DNA of 64,000 nucleotides from a virus: IMG/VR virus record IMGVR_UViG_3300021512_000005, positions 9,040 to 73,039 of that record; one strand, 5' to 3'. Shown piece by piece: positions 61,551 to 64,000 of this stretch (position 1 is its first letter; each line of letters starts with the position of its first letter). The notes under the pieces were generated by a model. It saw only the letters and a program-made list of their open reading frames with translations, ran no database searches and was not told where the DNA came from. The position numbers and the translations under genes were made by a program.

Positions 61551-62021
61551 ATGTTAAGTGATAAAACATTAATTAAAAAAAACTATGTTAAAAATGGATT
61601 AATTCAAACAAATGGAATTGATCTTTCATTAAATAAAGTTTATAAATTTATCACATGTGGAATTGTTAGGAATGATAAAGATACAATAACACCAGCAATA
61701 GAAGAAGTTAAACCAGAAAATGGAGTTTATTTTTTGGATTCAGATTCATATCTTTTTTCAATTAATGAAAAAATAAATCTTGATTTAGAAACAACAGCAT
61801 TAGTATTTCCTCGATCATCATTAATTCGATGTGGTGTATCTATGTCTGATGCAGTGTGGGACAGTGGGTTCAAATCAAATTTAACTACTGCTACAAAATT
61901 TTTGGTTAATGTAAATAATCCAGAAGGATTTATGATTGAAAAAGGAGCACGATTTTGTCAAATAGTATTTTTTAAATTAGATAAAATACCTAATAAAGGC
62001 TATAATGGTCAATGGATGTGA
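61551..62021 (+). CDS. dUTPase/dCTP deaminase family protein
   Basis: 'IQTNGIDL', 'PRSSLIR', 'WDSGF', 'RFCQ', 'GYNGQW'. Confidence 0.8.
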   Translation: MLSDKTLIKKNYVKNGLIQTNGIDLSLNKVYKFITCGIVRNDKDTITPAIEEVKPENGVYFLDSDSYLFSINEKINLDLETTALVFPRSSLIRCGVSMSDAVWDSGFKSNLTTATKFLVNVNNPEGFMIEKGARFCQIVFFKLDKIPNKGYNGQWM

Positions 62022-62710
62022 TTAAAATGATATATATAAAAGATAAAGATTTTAATAGTGCTTGGGCACGTTTAATTCATCAAATAATTTTATTTGGAAA
62101 TAAAAGAATTATTGGTGATATCAATGAACCAAAAAATATTACCGATGAAACTTCAGTTATTGAATTATATGGAAATGCAATAAATCAAATTGAAAATAAT
62201 GAAATTCATTCAGATTATCCATTTAAATTTATTGATAGATATTTAGATGAATTTACTTATGAATTTGATCATTCTAAATTTGTTTATACTGCAATGGATC
62301 GAATGTTTAATAGAGAAATTGATCAATTAATATATTTAAGATTTAATTTAAAAGATCAAATTGAAACAGGGATTTCATCAAATCGAGGAAATTCAGTTTT
62401 ATGGGATATTGAAAAAGATACAACTTCAGGAAGTCCAATTTGTCCACAGCGGATTTGGATTAAACATATAAAAGATCGAAAAGTTGAAGTTCATTTTACA
62501 TGGCGAAGTCGAGATGCCTTTAGTGCATGGCAAGCAGATATAATATCAATGACATATATGATAAATAAATATGTAATAAAACCAAATAATGCAAAAATTA
62601 TAAAAATTATAGATTATTGTGATTCTGTTCATATTTATGATAGTGATATGAATAATGCTAAAAAAGTAAAATTGGTTAATATAAATCCACAGGTGATTTA
62701 TTATGAATAA
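62012..62710 (+). CDS. Thymidylate synthase-superfamily enzyme (archaeal ThyA-like; Asp at the N177-equivalent position)
   Basis: 'SNR', catalytic 'PIC', 'RSRDAFSAWQAD', 'SVHIY'. Confidence 0.75.
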   Translation: MDVIKMIYIKDKDFNSAWARLIHQIILFGNKRIIGDINEPKNITDETSVIELYGNAINQIENNEIHSDYPFKFIDRYLDEFTYEFDHSKFVYTAMDRMFNREIDQLIYLRFNLKDQIETGISSNRGNSVLWDIEKDTTSGSPICPQRIWIKHIKDRKVEVHFTWRSRDAFSAWQADIISMTYMINKYVIKPNNAKIIKIIDYCDSVHIYDSDMNNAKKVKLVNINPQVIYYE

Positions 62711-63272
62711 TAATGATGATTATTTTTTAATTCAACAAATTCAAATGTATGAATATGAATTGGAAGATTTAAAAAGAGATCTTTATGATGAACAACAAAT
62801 TAAAAAATGTGAAAATAAAATAAAAATATTAAAACAAAAATTAATTGATTTAAAATTTATGGAAATTGCTATTAATGTTTCTAAAAAATCGATATGTCAA
62901 CGAAAAAAAGTTGGTTGTGTAATAGTTAAAAATAATGAAATATTAGCAAGTGATTATAATCATCCACCTTTAGAAAAAAAATTATGTGAATATGGATGTT
63001 TAAAAGAAATTATATTTCCTAATGAAAATAAATATGAAGTTTGTAATGCAATTCATGCTGAAGTAAATACTATTATAGATGCTTTAAAAAATGGTAAAAA
63101 TTTAAAAGGATCAACAATATATTTAACTTTATCACCATGTTTAACATGTACAAAATTAATTATAGAATCTGGAATTAAAAAAATAATATATAAAAATATT
63201 CATAATGATTTTCGAGTTTTTGATATGTGTGAAAAATATGATGTTATAATTGAAAAATTAAATAAAAATTAG
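62703..63272 (+). CDS. dCMP deaminase
   Basis: 'SIC.RKKVGCVIV', 'IHAEVN', 'SPCLTC'. Confidence 0.85.
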   Translation: MNNNDDYFLIQQIQMYEYELEDLKRDLYDEQQIKKCENKIKILKQKLIDLKFMEIAINVSKKSICQRKKVGCVIVKNNEILASDYNHPPLEKKLCEYGCLKEIIFPNENKYEVCNAIHAEVNTIIDALKNGKNLKGSTIYLTLSPCLTCTKLIIESGIKKIIYKNIHNDFRVFDMCEKYDVIIEKLNKN

Positions 63273-63621
63273 AAACTACTTTTAAAAAATAAGCATATTG
63301 TTGAAGGTGTTTAAAATGAGTATTAAAGAAATTAGTGATCGAATTGAATCAAATTTGGTTAATATGCAACGAAGAATTATTGAATTAGAAAATGATATGA
63401 GACGATTAAGAGAAATGCTTGCAGATGTAGAATATCTTGAATCAAGTCTTTAAAGGTGATAAAAATGAAATTAAATGAACAATTAACACTTGAAGAACAA
63501 AAAGAATATGTTCGTCGACTTCGTTATGGAGTTTTGGTTTGGAAGACACTTTCTGAGAGACAGAAAGATAATATCCTCGATACTATTTGGAGTGGATAAA
63601 TAATTTTTTTTTATTTTTTAA

Positions 63622-63694
63622 GCCGCTATAACTCAGTTGGTAGAATGCTTGGCTGTTAACCAAGATGTCACAGGTTCGAGCCCTGTTGGCGGCG
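63622..63694 (+). tRNA. tRNA-Asn (anticodon GTT)
   Basis: Acceptor GCCGCTA/TGGCGGC; anticodon arm CTTGG-CTGTTAA-CCAAG; T arm ACAGG-TTCGAGC-CCTGT. Confidence 0.9.
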
Positions 63695-63706
63695 TAGGTG
63701 ATTAAA

Positions 63707-64000
63707 ATGTTAATAGAACAACAAACAATTAAAGGTAAACCAATTCTAATAAAACTCTGGCGCGATTCGTCGACCCATGATCGGGAGTTTCAAATTATAA
63801 CAGATTATAAATCTTATTTTTTTATTGAATCAAATGAATCTGAATCTGAATTTAAAACAATAAATGGAGAAAATTTAAAAAAAATAGAAGTATTTAATCC
63901 GTATGATATTAATGACCTAAAAAGACAATATGATCAAACTTGGGAAGCTGATATATCATATCCACACAAATATATATTGGATAATATAGAAGTTCCAATG
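63707..64000 (+). CDS. Family B DNA polymerase, N-terminal part (runs off the window)
   Basis: Hand translation ends ...QTWEADISYPHKYILDN, matching the PolB N-terminal 'EADIxxxxRYLID' motif; GGTGA RBS. Confidence 0.65.
   Translation, partial: MLIEQQTIKGKPILIKLWRDSSTHDREFQIITDYKSYFFIESNESESEFKTINGENLKKIEVFNPYDINDLKRQYDQTWEADISYPHKYILDNIEVPM

Larger units (their letters stand above)
45818..63307. promoter_or_regulatory. Eight copies of the motif GAATACTTTTAAAAAATAAGTAC..TTGAGG (45818 on -; 45911, 48822, 51152, 57314, 59322, 60862, 63272 on +)
   Basis: Near-identical motif directly upstream of RBS/ATG throughout the replication module; two copies diverge at the strand switch. Confidence 0.75.

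Noticed and set aside
1-64000. Integrated provirus or host chromosomal flanks
   Set aside because: No integrase, att site or cellular housekeeping genes in the window; viral genes run off both ends.

Overview
This very AT-rich window is about 64 kb of a tailed dsDNA virus (Caudoviricetes, HK97-fold, siphovirus-like tail). The host is most likely a euryarchaeon (Methanosarcinales/ANME-like). That host call is inferred from BRE-TATA promoters, GGTGA/GAGG ribosome-binding sites, a TFB-type zinc ribbon, archaeal-type ThyA and PolB, a DUF2341-like protein and a VPE-type sorting signal. On the minus strand, 1-33.2 kb is the morphogenesis module (terminases, portal, MuF, prohead protease, scaffold, major capsid protein, head-tail and tail genes, start of the tape measure), and 33.2-45.8 kb holds early small-gene cassettes, a putative origin and a primase-helicase. 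On the plus strand, 45.9-64 kb is replication and nucleotide metabolism (Cas4-like nuclease, DNA and RNA ligases, intein-containing NrdD, resolvase, dNMP kinase, dUTPase/dCTP deaminase, ThyA-like enzyme, dCMP deaminase, start of PolB) plus two tRNAs. The main candidate novel system is a ~12-kb array between portal and prohead protease, plus a satellite cluster at 3.3-4.7 kb. About a dozen proteins there share an 'IE(I/L/V)xL...LxK + basic hairpin' leader fused to interchangeable enzymatic domains: four ADP-ribosyltransferase-like, two HExxH metallopeptidase-like, two PI3/4K-HipA-like kinases and one JAB. Each ART gene is followed by a translationally coupled 24-37-aa micro-ORF. The leader motif recurs at the prohead protease C-terminus, and (L/I/Y)xK|A sites occur in capsid, scaffold, protease and portal. 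I infer a capsid-targeted, protease-matured polymorphic effector payload. All assignments come from reading motifs by eye; no database searches were run.
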